Shown here in pieces: positions 1 to 10,227 of a stretch of 64,000 nt of DNA. The DNA is taken from the NCBI GenBank assembly GCA_965204575.1, contig OZ241993.1:384001-448000 (forward strand), in the 5' to 3' direction. The first letter of the stretch is position 1, and every line of letters starts with the position of its first letter. The DNA is from an uncultured candidatus Porisulfidus sp. (lineage in GTDB: Bacteria > Pseudomonadota > Gammaproteobacteria > Poriferisulfidales > Poriferisulfidaceae). The notes beneath the pieces are model-generated. The model searched no databases, was not told where the DNA came from, and worked only from the letters and a program-made list of their open reading frames with translations. The translations under genes and the position numbers were made by a program.

Positions 1-320
1 TAGATCGCCCAAGCCGGAAAGCTGAAAACAATCGCGTAGATCGCGATGCCCAAGGGACCGAACAGCCCGCCAATCAAAACCGACCCAACCGTCGCCGGCG
101 CCAACACGATGAATGCAGCCCATGCCGATACGACATGTCCCCCGCGCCGCAATGCCCGGCAGGCCGATGCCAGCGGAAGACCGAATGGTGCCAGAAAGAT
201 CAATGCCAGCCACGCCTGCGGCTCGACAAACAGGGGAATCCCCCTAGCCGCGGTCACCAGAAGGATCCCGAACGGCAGCCACAGCAAGGCAAGCAGGACA
301 AAAATGGAGAAGCGTTTCAT
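1..320 (-). CDS. Hypothetical membrane protein (runs off window start)
   Basis: Manual translation from ATG 320: MKRFSIFVLLALLWLPFGILLVTAARG..., open to position 1, several hydrophobic stretches. Confidence 0.65.
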   Translation of the reverse strand, partial: MKRFSIFVLLALLWLPFGILLVTAARGIPLFVEPQAWLALIFLAPFGLPLASACRALRRGGHVVSAWAAFIVLAPATVGSVLIGGLFGPLGIAIYAIVFSFPAWAI

Positions 321-340
321 CCGCGATTTTCAGTCGGGAA

Positions 341-901
341 TCAACTCCCGGTTCTGCGCCACTTGATCGAACAGCCCATGCTGGAAACCTGCTCGCTTGG
401 TCCTTCACCGGTCTTTGCGACTTGGACCATCGCTTCGAACAAATCCCGCCGCGCGTCCGGGACCGGGTGCATGCCGCTTTCGTCCAGGCGTCCTCGGTAT
501 TGCAATTTCAACTCGGCGTTGTAGCCGAAGAAATCGGGCGTACACACCGCACCGTACGCCTGTGCCACCTGCTGCGATTCATCCAGCAAATAAGGAAAGG
601 GGAAATCGTATTCGCGTGCAACCGCAACCATGTTGTCGAACGAGTCTTCTTGGTAATCGGTCGGATCGTTCGACATGATGGCCACCGACTGGATTCCATG
701 AGAACGCAATTCGCCCGCATCCCACACGATTCGCTCCCGCACCGCCTTCACGTACGGGCAGTGATTGCAGATGAACATCACCAAGGTCCCGGCTTCGCCA
801 CGGCATTCATTCAGCGACCATTCGCGACCATCAACCCCGGGCAGGGTGAAATCGACTGCCGGCTGGCCAAAATCGCAAACCGGAGTGTGTTTAAGACTCA
901 C
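341..901 (-). CDS. Thioredoxin-fold AhpC/TSA (PRX-like1) protein
   Basis: FICNHCPYV, YGAVCTPDFF, YRGRLD and GCSIKW motifs. Confidence 0.9.
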   Translation of the reverse strand: MSLKHTPVCDFGQPAVDFTLPGVDGREWSLNECRGEAGTLVMFICNHCPYVKAVRERIVWDAGELRSHGIQSVAIMSNDPTDYQEDSFDNMVAVAREYDFPFPYLLDESQQVAQAYGAVCTPDFFGYNAELKLQYRGRLDESGMHPVPDARRDLFEAMVQVAKTGEGPSEQVSSMGCSIKWRRTGS

Positions 902-1668
902 GACCGGACTCCTTTGAGCGCCTGTGACGCCGCCTGCGACAGAAACAGGGTGTCCACTCCGATTCCCACCAAGGTGAATCCCATATTAATGTATTGGGAC
1001 ACCACGTCCGGCGCAATCCCGAAAATGCCCGGAATCTTGCCTACCTCCTGACAGACCTCCAGGACTTCGGCAATCGCTTCCTGCACCGCCGGGTCGTGCA
1101 CTTGGCCCGGGATGCCCATGCTTGTAGACAGGTCGTAGGGCCCGATGAACAGCACGTCCACCCCTTCCACGGCAGCCAGATCCCGGACGTTTTTCACTGC
1201 GTCCTTATGTTCGATCTGGATCACCGTCAGTAGCGAATCGTTTGCCTGAGCCAGATAAGTCTCGAATTCCGCCCCGTAACGATGGGCGCGAGCGATGCCG
1301 ACTCCTCGCTCGCCCCGAGGCGGGTACTTGGCGTAATTGACGACCTGCTCCGCCTGCGCAACCGTGTTGACCTGGGGCGCAATGATTCCGCTTGCCCCGA
1401 CATCCAGCATCTTCTCGATCCAAGTCTCCTCGTGCACCGGGATCCGGACCAGGCAGGGCGTCCGGTCTCCCGTCGCCTGAATGAGGGATTCGACGGCAAG
1501 CGGGTCGTGCGTGCCATGCTCGGCATCAATGAACAGCCAATCGAATCCGGTGTCGCTCAAGATCTCCGCGGCCTGAGGACTGTTGAGGCTGACGATCGTG
1601 CCAACCAGCACCTCGCCGGCACAGGCCCGTCGGCGAAAACCGTTCTCGCAAACCAGCGGGCCGCTCAC
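898..1668 (-). CDS. HpcH/HpaI aldolase family protein
   Basis: [24 protein letters not shown] motifs; probable GTG start overlapping the rpiA stop (GTGA). Confidence 0.88.
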   Translation of the reverse strand: MSGPLVCENGFRRRACAGEVLVGTIVSLNSPQAAEILSDTGFDWLFIDAEHGTHDPLAVESLIQATGDRTPCLVRIPVHEETWIEKMLDVGASGIIAPQVNTVAQAEQVVNYAKYPPRGERGVGIARAHRYGAEFETYLAQANDSLLTVIQIEHKDAVKNVRDLAAVEGVDVLFIGPYDLSTSMGIPGQVHDPAVQEAIAEVLEVCQEVGKIPGIFGIAPDVVSQYINMGFTLVGIGVDTLFLSQAASQALKGVRS

Positions 1669-2318
1669 GACAGCGACTCCACGCCTTGGTCGGTCCCGAT
1701 CAGCAACACATCCGCGCCGCGTCGAGCAAATAGTCCGACCGTGACCACTCCGGGAATATCGTTCAAGGTGCCTTCCATTTTCGGGGGATCCAGAATTTCG
1801 AGGTTGTGGACATCCAAGATGCAGTTGCCGTGGTCGGTCACGAAACCTTCGCGCCACTCCGGCATGCCGCCCTGCTGGACCAGTTCGCGCGCCACCATGG
1901 AACGTGCCATCGGAATGACTTCGACCGGCAATGGAAAAGCACCTAAACGATCCACCTGCTTGCCATCGTCAATGATGCACACGAAGGTTTCGCTGCATCC
2001 GGCGATGATTTTTTCGCCCGTCAACGCACCGCCACCGCCCTTGATAAGGCTGCGGTGTCGCGTTGCTTCATCAGCTCCGTCCACGTACAGGCGCAAGGGT
2101 CCGGCCGCGTTCAAATCCACCACCGGGATGCCGATCTGGCGCAGTCGCTCAGTGCTCGCCTGCGACGACGATACGGCGGCATCGATCTTACTTTTTACGG
2201 AAGCCAGCGCGTCGATGAAGAAATTGACCGTCGAACCCGTCCCGACTCCCAGCACCTCGCCCGGTTGAATGTAATCCAACGCGGCTTCCGCCGCCCTTCT
2301 CTTCTTTTCGTCGCTCAT
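1665..2318 (-). CDS. rpiA: Ribose-5-phosphate isomerase A
   Basis: [24 protein letters not shown] motifs. Confidence 0.97.
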   Translation of the reverse strand: MSDEKKRRAAEAALDYIQPGEVLGVGTGSTVNFFIDALASVKSKIDAAVSSSQASTERLRQIGIPVVDLNAAGPLRLYVDGADEATRHRSLIKGGGGALTGEKIIAGCSETFVCIIDDGKQVDRLGAFPLPVEVIPMARSMVARELVQQGGMPEWREGFVTDHGNCILDVHNLEILDPPKMEGTLNDIPGVVTVGLFARRGADVLLIGTDQGVESLS

Positions 2319-2365
2319 CCCGCGAGTCCCTATAATTGGGCTTCAAAGTTTAACATTGGCAACGC

Positions 2366-2602
2366 ATGCCTTATTTCGTTTTTCAGGTCGAAGGCGCCAA
2401 CCCGGAAAGCCGGGTAATCAATTTTTTGCAGGTCTTCGAGAACTACCGGGAGGCGCGCATGCGTGCCCGGGAAGAGCGGGCGAAACAACCGGATGCGGGG
2501 CCGGAAGCCGTCCGCGTGGTCTTCGCGGAATCCCGGGGACTGGCCGAGGGCCTGCTACGGCAACGGCGCGAAGCCCCGATCCTGAAGGAATGGGAAAAGT
2601 GA
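2366..2602 (+). CDS. Small hypothetical protein
   Basis: 78-aa ORF divergent from rpiA with protein-like composition. Confidence 0.6.
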   Translation: MPYFVFQVEGANPESRVINFLQVFENYREARMRAREERAKQPDAGPEAVRVVFAESRGLAEGLLRQRREAPILKEWEK

Positions 2603-2643
2603 AGGCAAAAACACCTTGATTGGTGGGTGAGCCGATCAGCAGA

Positions 2644-2678
2644 TTGACAAAAAGTTAGTATTGATTTATGCTTACTAA
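2644..2678 (+). promoter_or_regulatory. Sigma70 promoter of the TA pair with an overlapping inverted repeat
   Basis: TTGACA(2644)-17nt-TATGCT(2667); TTAGTA(2655)..TACTAA(2673) inverted repeat. Confidence 0.6.
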
Positions 2679-2709
2679 TACTACCTTTATATACCTTTTT
2701 GGCTGCTCC

Positions 2710-3141
2710 ATGTCTAAATATCAATTGTTGGCGACCCACCTGCATCAATCGGGACAGGATTCCATTGCCATGACTTTCGCCAAGATCGAACGTATTGTCG
2801 GGACCAAACTCCCGCCTTCGGCTTTTAAATATCGTGCGTGGTGGTCGAACAATCCAATGAACAGCGTCATCACTCGTGCCTGGCTTGATGCCGGATACAA
2901 GACCGAGAATGTCGACATGTCCAAACGTAAATTGATTTTCAAAAAGTCTTCGCAGGATACGTCGATGGAAGAATTTCCCGACAAACAACCCTCTTCCCGT
3001 AAAAGCCGTGCGGCTGAAGACTCCAATGCGCGTTCTTTCTCGTTCTCGCGCATTTTTGGTGCGCTCAAGGGTACCGTGACGGTCAGGCCCGGTGTGGACT
3101 TGACACTGTCGACTGGCGAAACGTGGGACGCCGAGAAGTAA
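2710..3141 (+). CDS. Putative antitoxin: DUF7662-like N-terminus plus VapB-like tail
   Basis: MSKY..L...MTF..IE..G..LPPSA...AWWSN...AWL.AG motif; C-terminal FGALKGTVTV..DLT; directly upstream of a PIN gene. Confidence 0.7.
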   Translation: MSKYQLLATHLHQSGQDSIAMTFAKIERIVGTKLPPSAFKYRAWWSNNPMNSVITRAWLDAGYKTENVDMSKRKLIFKKSSQDTSMEEFPDKQPSSRKSRAAEDSNARSFSFSRIFGALKGTVTVRPGVDLTLSTGETWDAEK

Positions 3142-3147
3142 TCGGCA

Positions 3148-3555
3148 ATGGCCGCCCTTCTCCTTGATACCTGTGCCGCCATCTGGATCGCACAAGGGGA
3201 ACGCCTACGGGAACCTGCCGCCAGCGAGCTGAAAAAGAGGCGGAGAGAGCCGCTGTTCGTGTCGCCCATTACCGCTTGGGAAGTCGCCACGCTCGCCTCG
3301 AAAGGCAAGATCGCCATAGCGATTGATCCAGAATCTTGGTTTGAAAGTTTCTGTAGCCTACCCGGAGTCGCTCTAGCGAAGATGCCGCCATCGGTGTTGG
3401 TCGCTTCCGCCAATCTCCCAGGCACCCCGCCCGCTGACCCGGCGGACCGCATCCTGATCGCAACCGCTCGGGCTTCCGGATACGCCTTGGTGACCCGTGA
3501 CAAACTTATTCTGAAATACGGGGAGCGCGGCCATATCCAGGTTATGGGATGTTAA
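3148..3555 (+). CDS. vapC: VapC/PIN domain toxin
   Basis: LLLDTC, SPITAWE, DPADRILIATA, LVTRD motifs. Confidence 0.92.
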   Translation: MAALLLDTCAAIWIAQGERLREPAASELKKRRREPLFVSPITAWEVATLASKGKIAIAIDPESWFESFCSLPGVALAKMPPSVLVASANLPGTPPADPADRILIATARASGYALVTRDKLILKYGERGHIQVMGC

Positions 3556-3644
3556 ACGAAGACCGACACCCCGGTTAATTGAAGAAGCCCAAAAGGATTG
3601 AAACCCTCTCTCGCTTGACAAAGCAATCTGCCTGACAAAAGTGC

Positions 3645-4208
3645 ATGGATGAAGTCCAGTACCGGAATACCTACCACTCGGTCAACGAGCGACGGTGTCA
3701 CTTCGAAAAGACCATCAACGCCCGGGCCTGCACCTGTCGCCACATGCGGCGGTTCAATCTGGCAGACCGGGAAGGCATCGGCTGCACCCACCCCGAAGCG
3801 CACCAGAACTGCGCCGACTGGCTCCGTGCCTTGCGCCGGGCATCTTGTTTTGCGTTGTCACGACCCAATCCGGCCGACATCCTGCCCCACCGCCTGGAAG
3901 CAAAAGTCCAGGCGGGCGGCCTGCTGGGCCTTTCCGAACTGATCGACGGTGCCGCCCGTGTTGAAGACATCGCAGGTTTGCTGGACCGTTCGCTTGAGCG
4001 CTACGGCAACGTGTCCGACATTCCCATGCAGGACATCGTGACGGCAGTCACGGAATATGAACCGCGCCAGCGCAAAACTCTCAGCCCCAAGTCCGCGCTC
4101 CTGAAAGCACAGAAGGTGGTTCGGAAGAAGACTTCCGGAGTCGCATCGCTGGCCGATGAGCTGATTGCCGAAAGACGTGCCGAAGCGCAACGCGAGGCCG
4201 ATGAATGA
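3645..4208 (+). CDS. Conserved Cys-rich hypothetical protein with an antitoxin-like C-terminal extension
   Basis: C.FEK...C.C...LADREG..C N-terminus; tail SLADELIAERRAEA resembles AbrB/MazE-type VapB C-termini. Confidence 0.7.
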   Translation: MDEVQYRNTYHSVNERRCHFEKTINARACTCRHMRRFNLADREGIGCTHPEAHQNCADWLRALRRASCFALSRPNPADILPHRLEAKVQAGGLLGLSELIDGAARVEDIAGLLDRSLERYGNVSDIPMQDIVTAVTEYEPRQRKTLSPKSALLKAQKVVRKKTSGVASLADELIAERRAEAQREADE

Positions 4209-4584
4209 GCGTGGTCATTGACGCCTCGGCAGCACTCGCGGTACTCAATTGCGAACTTGGCGCAGAAAGGACCGAGGATATTCCGGTGGGCGGTCTGATC
4301 AGTGCCACCAACTTCTCGGAGGTGCTTTCGAAGCTGGTGGACGTAGGTCTGACGACGACGCGGCCGTCGGCGCATTTGATGCACTCATGCTGACTGTTGT
4401 TCCCGTCGATGCCGCGCAAGCGCAATATGCAGGACTTCTACGCCGTCAAACTCGCGAGCACGGCTTGTCTCTGGGTGATCGCGCTTGCCTCGCCTTGGCG
4501 GCCACACGAAAGTTTCCGGCGGTCACGGCAGATCGCGTCTGGGCGAAGTTGAACCTCGGCATTGAGATCAAGGTTATCCGATGA
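4205..4584 (+). pseudogene. Frameshifted VapC/PIN toxin
   Basis: N-terminus VVIDASA..ISATNFSEV in one frame, C-terminus GLSLGDRACLALA..VTADRVW in another; shift near 4350 (GACGACGAC). Confidence 0.85.
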
Positions 4585-4654
4585 GTCCGTCAGCCGGCAA
4601 CCACCGAATACAATTTTCTTCTTCTCCGTTCCATCATTTGCACGGTATCCAGCC

Positions 4655-5278
4655 ATGTCTCCGATCCCGGAAGAACTGAGACTCGACCGTCAGGCGCGTG
4701 AACTCCATGTCCGCTTCGACGATGGCGCCGCATTCGTGCTCCCCTGCGAGTACCTGCGCGTCTTTTCCCCCTCCGCCGATGTGAAAACGGCGAGAGCCCG
4801 CGGCGACTTGGTTACGGACAAACAGAGCGTCAACATCGAGCGCATCGAGCCTTGCGGGACGTACGCCGTCCGTCTCTACTTCAGCGACGGCCACAATACC
4901 GGAATCTATTCCTGGGAGTCCCTGTACCAACTGGGCCAAGACCGTCAGAAGAACTGGCAACAATACCTGGTTGATCTCGAACAACGGAGACGATCCCCTG
5001 CGGGAGGCGAGGAACGCGTCGTCACTCTCCTGCTGTTCGGCGCCTTGGCCAAAGAATTGGAGATGGAGCGTGTGGACGTGGCCCTGCCCAGCGAAACGAC
5101 CACTGTCGCTGAATTTTTATATTGGCTGCGCCAGCGCGGGGACGACTGGCACGAAGCCATCGACCCCAGGCGGCTGACTGTCACGGTCAACCGGCAATCC
5201 GCCGAACCGACCACCCGCCTGCATAACGGAGACGAGGTCTCGTTGACCCCGACCTACCAAAAAACGTCAAACGATTGA
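4655..5278 (+). CDS. DUF971 (GBBH-N-like) domain fused to a MoaD/ThiS-like domain
   Basis: EYLRVFSPSA and FSDGHNTGIYSW; C-terminal LLFGAL..TVAE..VTVN..LHNGDEV. Confidence 0.85.
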   Translation: MSPIPEELRLDRQARELHVRFDDGAAFVLPCEYLRVFSPSADVKTARARGDLVTDKQSVNIERIEPCGTYAVRLYFSDGHNTGIYSWESLYQLGQDRQKNWQQYLVDLEQRRRSPAGGEERVVTLLLFGALAKELEMERVDVALPSETTTVAEFLYWLRQRGDDWHEAIDPRRLTVTVNRQSAEPTTRLHNGDEVSLTPTYQKTSND

Positions 5279-5280
5279 CC

Positions 5281-6603
5281 CTAGCCGGCCATGGAACCCA
5301 GTTCGGTCAACAGGATTCCGGTCAACGCGCAGGTCACCATCACCGGGACCACCGGGACCCGCCCGGCGGAGAGAGCCAGCAGCGCCAACCCGGTCATCAG
5401 CACCATGTTGAAGTCGGGCGGAGCTTCCCAGCCATGCGTCCAAATGACATGCCCCGCGAACATCACCGCCAGATTCAGCATGACGCCGACGACGGCTGCG
5501 GTGATGGCGGTCAGCGGAGCGGTGAATGCGGGACGGTGGCGCGTCTGTTCGATATAAGGCGCACCGATGAAAATGAACAGGAACGAAGGCAGGAACGTAT
5601 ACCAGGCCGCGATCGCGGCAGCCAGGATCCCAGCTCCCACCATTTGATCCGGGCCCAGCAACTGCCCTTCCCATCCCCCGACGAAGCCGACGAAAGAGGT
5701 GATCATCACCAGCGGCCCGGGAATCAGTTCCCGCAACGCAAGCCCGTCGATCATCTGAGCGGCCGTAATCCATTGGAAATGTTCCACCGCGCTCTGGTAC
5801 ACGTAGGGAAGAACCGCGTAGGCACCGCCGAAAGACAGGACAGCGGCCTTGCTGAAAAACACCGACATGTCCGTCAGTGTGCCGCTGTCGTCGATCAAAT
5901 GGGCAATCACATACACTCCGACCCACAGACCGGCTCCGGCCACACACAGCCACAGGACTCCGTGCCGAGTGATTGAAAGCGCGGATGCGAAATTGTCTTC
6001 GTCCGCCGTTGCGGTTTGAGGATCGGACGGCGCAACCCAGGCGGGCTTGACCCAATGCACCAACCAGCCCAGAACCCCTGCGGAAATGATGATTAATGGA
6101 AAAGGAAGGTGGAACACGTACAGTCCGGAAAATGCCGCGAGCATCACTGCCCAAAGCAAGGCATTGCGCATGACACGCCGCCCGATCCGCCAAATCGCGT
6201 ACAAAATCACTGCCGTCACTGCCGGCTTGACCCCATACAGCGAGGCAGCTACCCACTCGATGTCTCCGAACGCCAAATACAGCCAGGCCAGCACCACGAT
6301 CATGAGCAGCGAAGGGGCCACGAACAGGATGCCGGCGATCAGCCCGCCCAGCCTTCCATGCAGCAGCCAACCGATGTAGGTGGCCAGCTGTTGCGCCTCC
6401 GGGCCCGGCAGCACCATGGTGTAGTTGAGGGCGTGGAGGAACCGGTGTTCGGAAATCCAGCGCAGGCGCTCCACCAGTTCCAGGTGCATGATCCCGATCG
6501 CACCGCCCGGACCGCCAAAGCTGACCAATCCCAAACGCAGCCAGTAACGCATGGCCTGCCACAGGCTGAGCGACGCCGATGCGGTCTTGTGCGACTCGGT
6601 CAT
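5281..6603 (-). CDS. chrA: Chromate efflux transporter (long-chain CHR)
   Basis: SFGGP, LPGPEAQQLATYIGW, SFGGAYAVL, PGP motifs. Confidence 0.92.
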   Translation of the reverse strand: MTESHKTASASLSLWQAMRYWLRLGLVSFGGPGGAIGIMHLELVERLRWISEHRFLHALNYTMVLPGPEAQQLATYIGWLLHGRLGGLIAGILFVAPSLLMIVVLAWLYLAFGDIEWVAASLYGVKPAVTAVILYAIWRIGRRVMRNALLWAVMLAAFSGLYVFHLPFPLIIISAGVLGWLVHWVKPAWVAPSDPQTATADEDNFASALSITRHGVLWLCVAGAGLWVGVYVIAHLIDDSGTLTDMSVFFSKAAVLSFGGAYAVLPYVYQSAVEHFQWITAAQMIDGLALRELIPGPLVMITSFVGFVGGWEGQLLGPDQMVGAGILAAAIAAWYTFLPSFLFIFIGAPYIEQTRHRPAFTAPLTAITAAVVGVMLNLAVMFAGHVIWTHGWEAPPDFNMVLMTGLALLALSAGRVPVVPVMVTCALTGILLTELGSMAG

Positions 6604-6650
6604 TTGGTGCACACTAGGTTTCCGACCCCTAAACAATATAGGAGGTTTTT

Positions 6651-6968
6651 ATGTCGGATGATATTGTGTCCCGTTCCGGTGCCGTCGTCGGCCAATGGGA
6701 TGGAAAAGACGTCAAGGACCTGCAGGAAGAACTCGCGCGCATCAAGCGCGAAGTTTCGGGTGACAAGGTGGAGCCTACCGGAGTTCCGCACCAGGACCAG
6801 TTCCCGGACGACCTGAAGAATTTTACGGCCTATATCCTGTGGGGCTGCGACCTGAATGGTGTCTGCCTGGTCGGCTCCGGCGCCAACCGCCCCGAATCGG
6901 TGGAGTCCATTCGAGAGTTCTATGGCAACCAGATCGCCAAGGATGCGATGGCCCGGCACGATGAGTGA
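6651..6968 (+). CDS. Hypothetical protein
   Basis: Strong RBS AGGAGG upstream; 105-aa ORF. Confidence 0.75.
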   Translation: MSDDIVSRSGAVVGQWDGKDVKDLQEELARIKREVSGDKVEPTGVPHQDQFPDDLKNFTAYILWGCDLNGVCLVGSGANRPESVESIREFYGNQIAKDAMARHDE

Positions 6969-6996
6969 AATTCCGAATCGAATCTAGTTAGGTAAA

Positions 6997-7065
6997 GCGC
7001 CTGAAATCCTCCGACGAGAGACAACTGCAGGTTGCGTCCTGCTTCTCAGTCGGAGGTTCCGGCGC
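6997..7065. repeat. Long imperfect intergenic hairpin
   Basis: Nested arms GCGCC/GGCGC, CCTCCGAC/GTCGGAGG, GAGA/TCTC, GCAGG/CCTGC. Confidence 0.65.
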
Positions 7066-7163
7066 CAATCTGTAGCGAACTTTCAATGGTCACGAGCCGA
7101 CGGTAACCCCGTCCCGGTTCATTGTACCGGCAGGCTTGGCCGAGGGGCTGTACACTGAGCCCC

Positions 7164-8267
7164 ATGCAGATTTATCTGGTGGGCGGCGCGGTGCGCGATC
7201 AGTTGCTGGGGATTTCAGTCTCGGAACACGACTGGGTCGTGGTCGGTGCCCACCCGGAACAGCTTCTCGAACTCGGCTACCGCCCGATCGGGCGGGATTT
7301 CCCGGTCTTCCTGCATCCAGAGACTCAGGAAGAATATGCACTGGCGCGCACGGAGCGCAAGACCGGTCGCGGCTATCACGGGTTTTCATTTCATGCCAGC
7401 CCGGAAGTCTCGCTGGAGGAAGACCTGCGCCGTCGGGATTTGACCATCAATGCGATGGCCCAGAATGAGGCCGGGGAGTTGATCGACCCGTACGGCGGGC
7501 AACGCGACCTGGAAGCCAAGGTTCTGCGCCATGTCTCCCCCGCCTTCGACGAGGACCCGGTGCGCGTGCTGCGGGTTGCGCGCTTTGCGGCCCGTTTCCA
7601 TGGACTCGGGTTCCAGATCGCCGATGAAACCCTTGAGCGGATGCGCGCCATCGCGGAGACCGGGGAAGTGGATACCCTGACTCCAGAGCGGGTATTCTTG
7701 GAGCTTCAGCGCGCCTTGATGGAGCCTGCCCCCGAGGTGTTTGTTGCCGCTCTCGCCGCCTGCGGCGCCTGGCCTGCAATTTTCCCGCAGCTGCCCGACA
7801 CGACGGCCATCGGACAGACTTTGCGCGAGTCGGCTGCGGCAAAGTCTCCATTGCCCGTGCGCTTTGCCTGTCTCTCCTGGCACAGCCGGGATGTCGATGC
7901 CTGGTGTCAAGCCATTCGCGCACCACGCAGGCTCGCCCAAGCCGCCCGGCTGCTGCACCGGCATTTCTCCACCTGGTCCGATCTGGATTCCAACGATCCT
8001 TCGGCCGTGCTGGCCCTGCTTGAATCCCTTGATGCCGTGAGACGACCGCAACAACTCGAAGATTTCAGTGCCGCCGCTGCCGTTCTCGGCACGGTGCTTG
8101 AACTGGATTGTGAGCAAACAAACCGGCGCGTGCATGCCGCCTGCATTGCTCTTCAAGGTTGCGATGAGAAGTCTGCCGCCCAGCAAACCGACCAAAGGAC
8201 GGTTCGCGAGCGAGTTCACGAGGCACGGCTCGAAACCGTGCGTGCTACTTTAATGGAAAGCCAGTAG
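7164..8267 (+). CDS. cca: CCA tRNA nucleotidyltransferase (no HD domain)
   Basis: [45 protein letters not shown]. Confidence 0.95.
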   Translation: MQIYLVGGAVRDQLLGISVSEHDWVVVGAHPEQLLELGYRPIGRDFPVFLHPETQEEYALARTERKTGRGYHGFSFHASPEVSLEEDLRRRDLTINAMAQNEAGELIDPYGGQRDLEAKVLRHVSPAFDEDPVRVLRVARFAARFHGLGFQIADETLERMRAIAETGEVDTLTPERVFLELQRALMEPAPEVFVAALAACGAWPAIFPQLPDTTAIGQTLRESAAAKSPLPVRFACLSWHSRDVDAWCQAIRAPRRLAQAARLLHRHFSTWSDLDSNDPSAVLALLESLDAVRRPQQLEDFSAAAAVLGTVLELDCEQTNRRVHAACIALQGCDEKSAAQQTDQRTVRERVHEARLETVRATLMESQ

Positions 8268-9041
8268 AAGCCCGCCGAGCACCACCCGGTACAACGCGAA
8301 CGGCATCATCCCGATTCGCTTGATCAGGCGCAGAAAGAAGTGGATGCACAGCCAGGCGGAAATCCCCGCGATCAAGGCGCCCAGGATTAATGCCCCCCAA
8401 TCCACTGCTTGAGTCACGTGCAAAGATTTTTGCAGGGACAAGGCTCCGGCGGCGGCAATCGTCGGAATCGCCAAGAGGAAAGCCACCCGTGCGGCAGCGG
8501 TTCGCTGCAGGCCCAGCACCAACGCCGCCGTCATCACGATGCCGGCCCGCGACACTCCCGGCACCAGCGCCAGACACTGCGCGGACCCGATCCATACGGC
8601 ATCGCTCCAGCGCAATTGCTCCTCGGTTCGTGCCCGGGAGCCTTGAGCGTCTGCAACCCACAGCAAGATACCGAACCCTAGCGTCGTCCAGGCGATAAGC
8701 TGCACTTCGCGCAAATCGGCCGACACCACGCTAAACATTGCCGCGCCGACGATCACGACCGGAATCGTCGCAACAACCAGCCAGGCGGCCAGGTAACGTG
8801 CGGATTCCGATTCCGGAGCTTCTCCGGCCACCACGGCACGCAGCATTGCCCCGAGTTCTCGGCGGAAATAGCTCAACATCGCGAGCAGAGTGCCCACATG
8901 CACGGCAACATCGAACGCATGGCCCTGGTCTTCCCAGCCGAGCAGCACTGGAGCCAGGATCAGGTGGGCGGAACTGGAAATCGGCAGGAACTCTGTCGCT
9001 CCCTGCAGCAATGCCAGAACCAGAACTTCAAGCCAGTTCAT
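8250..9041 (-). CDS. uppP: Undecaprenyl-diphosphate phosphatase
   Basis: [22 protein letters not shown]. Confidence 0.95.
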   Translation of the reverse strand: MNWLEVLVLALLQGATEFLPISSSAHLILAPVLLGWEDQGHAFDVAVHVGTLLAMLSYFRRELGAMLRAVVAGEAPESESARYLAAWLVVATIPVVIVGAAMFSVVSADLREVQLIAWTTLGFGILLWVADAQGSRARTEEQLRWSDAVWIGSAQCLALVPGVSRAGIVMTAALVLGLQRTAAARVAFLLAIPTIAAAGALSLQKSLHVTQAVDWGALILGALIAGISAWLCIHFFLRLIKRIGMMPFALYRVVLGGLLLAFH

Positions 9042-10178
9042 TTAGAGTCGATTCCGGTGATCCGGGCAAACGCGATGCGGCAGCTCGACCGGAAAATCGC
9101 GACCCAGCGCCAGTACCCTGAAGCGTTCGCCCATGTGATCGGGATGCGTCAGGGTTTCGATCTGCCCGCGTTGCGCGAGCCACGCGGCTTCATCCGCCGA
9201 GGCGTCGGCAGCTTCCAGCAAGCCGTATTCCAGCAGGAACCCGGCCTGCGAGGTGAACATCAGGATGTCGAATCCCCGCTCCGCCGCCAATTCCGCCACG
9301 TCGGTGAAATCCACGTCCACGCTGATGTCTTCGTGTCCTGGCTGGTGAAACGGGTCCGAATGCGCTTGATGATCCGCATGGCAGCGCAAGGTGCCGGCAA
9401 CACGCTGGGGATGGTAATACTCCCGACGCGGGTAGCCGTAGTCGATGATCAACACAACGCCACGCTGCAGAGATTCATCCAACTCATCCAGCCACGTGCG
9501 CAGAACGTCATGCCGCCACTCCGAGCGATATCCGGTTGCAGGAATCTCCTCAAGTCCGGCAATTAACCGATCCAAGTCCGGGTCGGCCGACGCTCCAAGT
9601 TCCCAACAGAGCCCATCCCCGTCCCGGACGGCAACCATGCGCTCGCGAATGCCTTCGTCGGTCACTTCGAAACAGCGAGCCGGCAGGGCGTCCAGAAATT
9701 CATTGGCCAGCACGATTCCCTCGAACGCCTTGGGCAGCCTGTCGGACCAGTGCGGCAGCGCGCTCCGGCCATCCAGGGTCTCGGCCTGTCGCTTTCGCAG
9801 TCCGGACGAACGCTCCAGCAACCAGTAATTATCAGGTGGAGCTTGCAGTGCGCCCAGAACATCACGCGCCAGCCTGCCGTCTCCGGGCCCATATTCTGCT
9901 ATCGCGCCGCCATCCAGTTCCCCCTGTGCAAGGTCACAGAAACGCGCCACGCAGCGGGCGAGGAAATCTCCCAATCCCGGCGCGGTGACAAAATCCCCGG
10001 ATGTCCCGAATATGGGGTGCGCCCGTTCGTAGTATCCGTAGTCCGGAGCATACAGCGCCTGTTCCATGTACTGGTCGAACCGCAACGGGCCTTCTTGCCG
10101 GATTCGCTCCGCCAAGCGCAGGCGCAAGGCATCCACGGGAATCTCCGATTCGGACACGGGCGAGGAAATGGCAGCCAT
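9042..10178 (-). CDS. MidA/NDUFAF7-family SAM-dependent methyltransferase
   Basis: GDFVTAP, EYGPGDG, ANEFLDALP, IDYG, MGERF. Confidence 0.92.
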   Translation of the reverse strand: MAAISSPVSESEIPVDALRLRLAERIRQEGPLRFDQYMEQALYAPDYGYYERAHPIFGTSGDFVTAPGLGDFLARCVARFCDLAQGELDGGAIAEYGPGDGRLARDVLGALQAPPDNYWLLERSSGLRKRQAETLDGRSALPHWSDRLPKAFEGIVLANEFLDALPARCFEVTDEGIRERMVAVRDGDGLCWELGASADPDLDRLIAGLEEIPATGYRSEWRHDVLRTWLDELDESLQRGVVLIIDYGYPRREYYHPQRVAGTLRCHADHQAHSDPFHQPGHEDISVDVDFTDVAELAAERGFDILMFTSQAGFLLEYGLLEAADASADEAAWLAQRGQIETLTHPDHMGERFRVLALGRDFPVELPHRVCPDHRNRL

Positions 10179-10227
10179 GGCGTTGCTATTATCGCGTTAT
10201 CATGGACAGGAGTTGACAGACAGGAAA

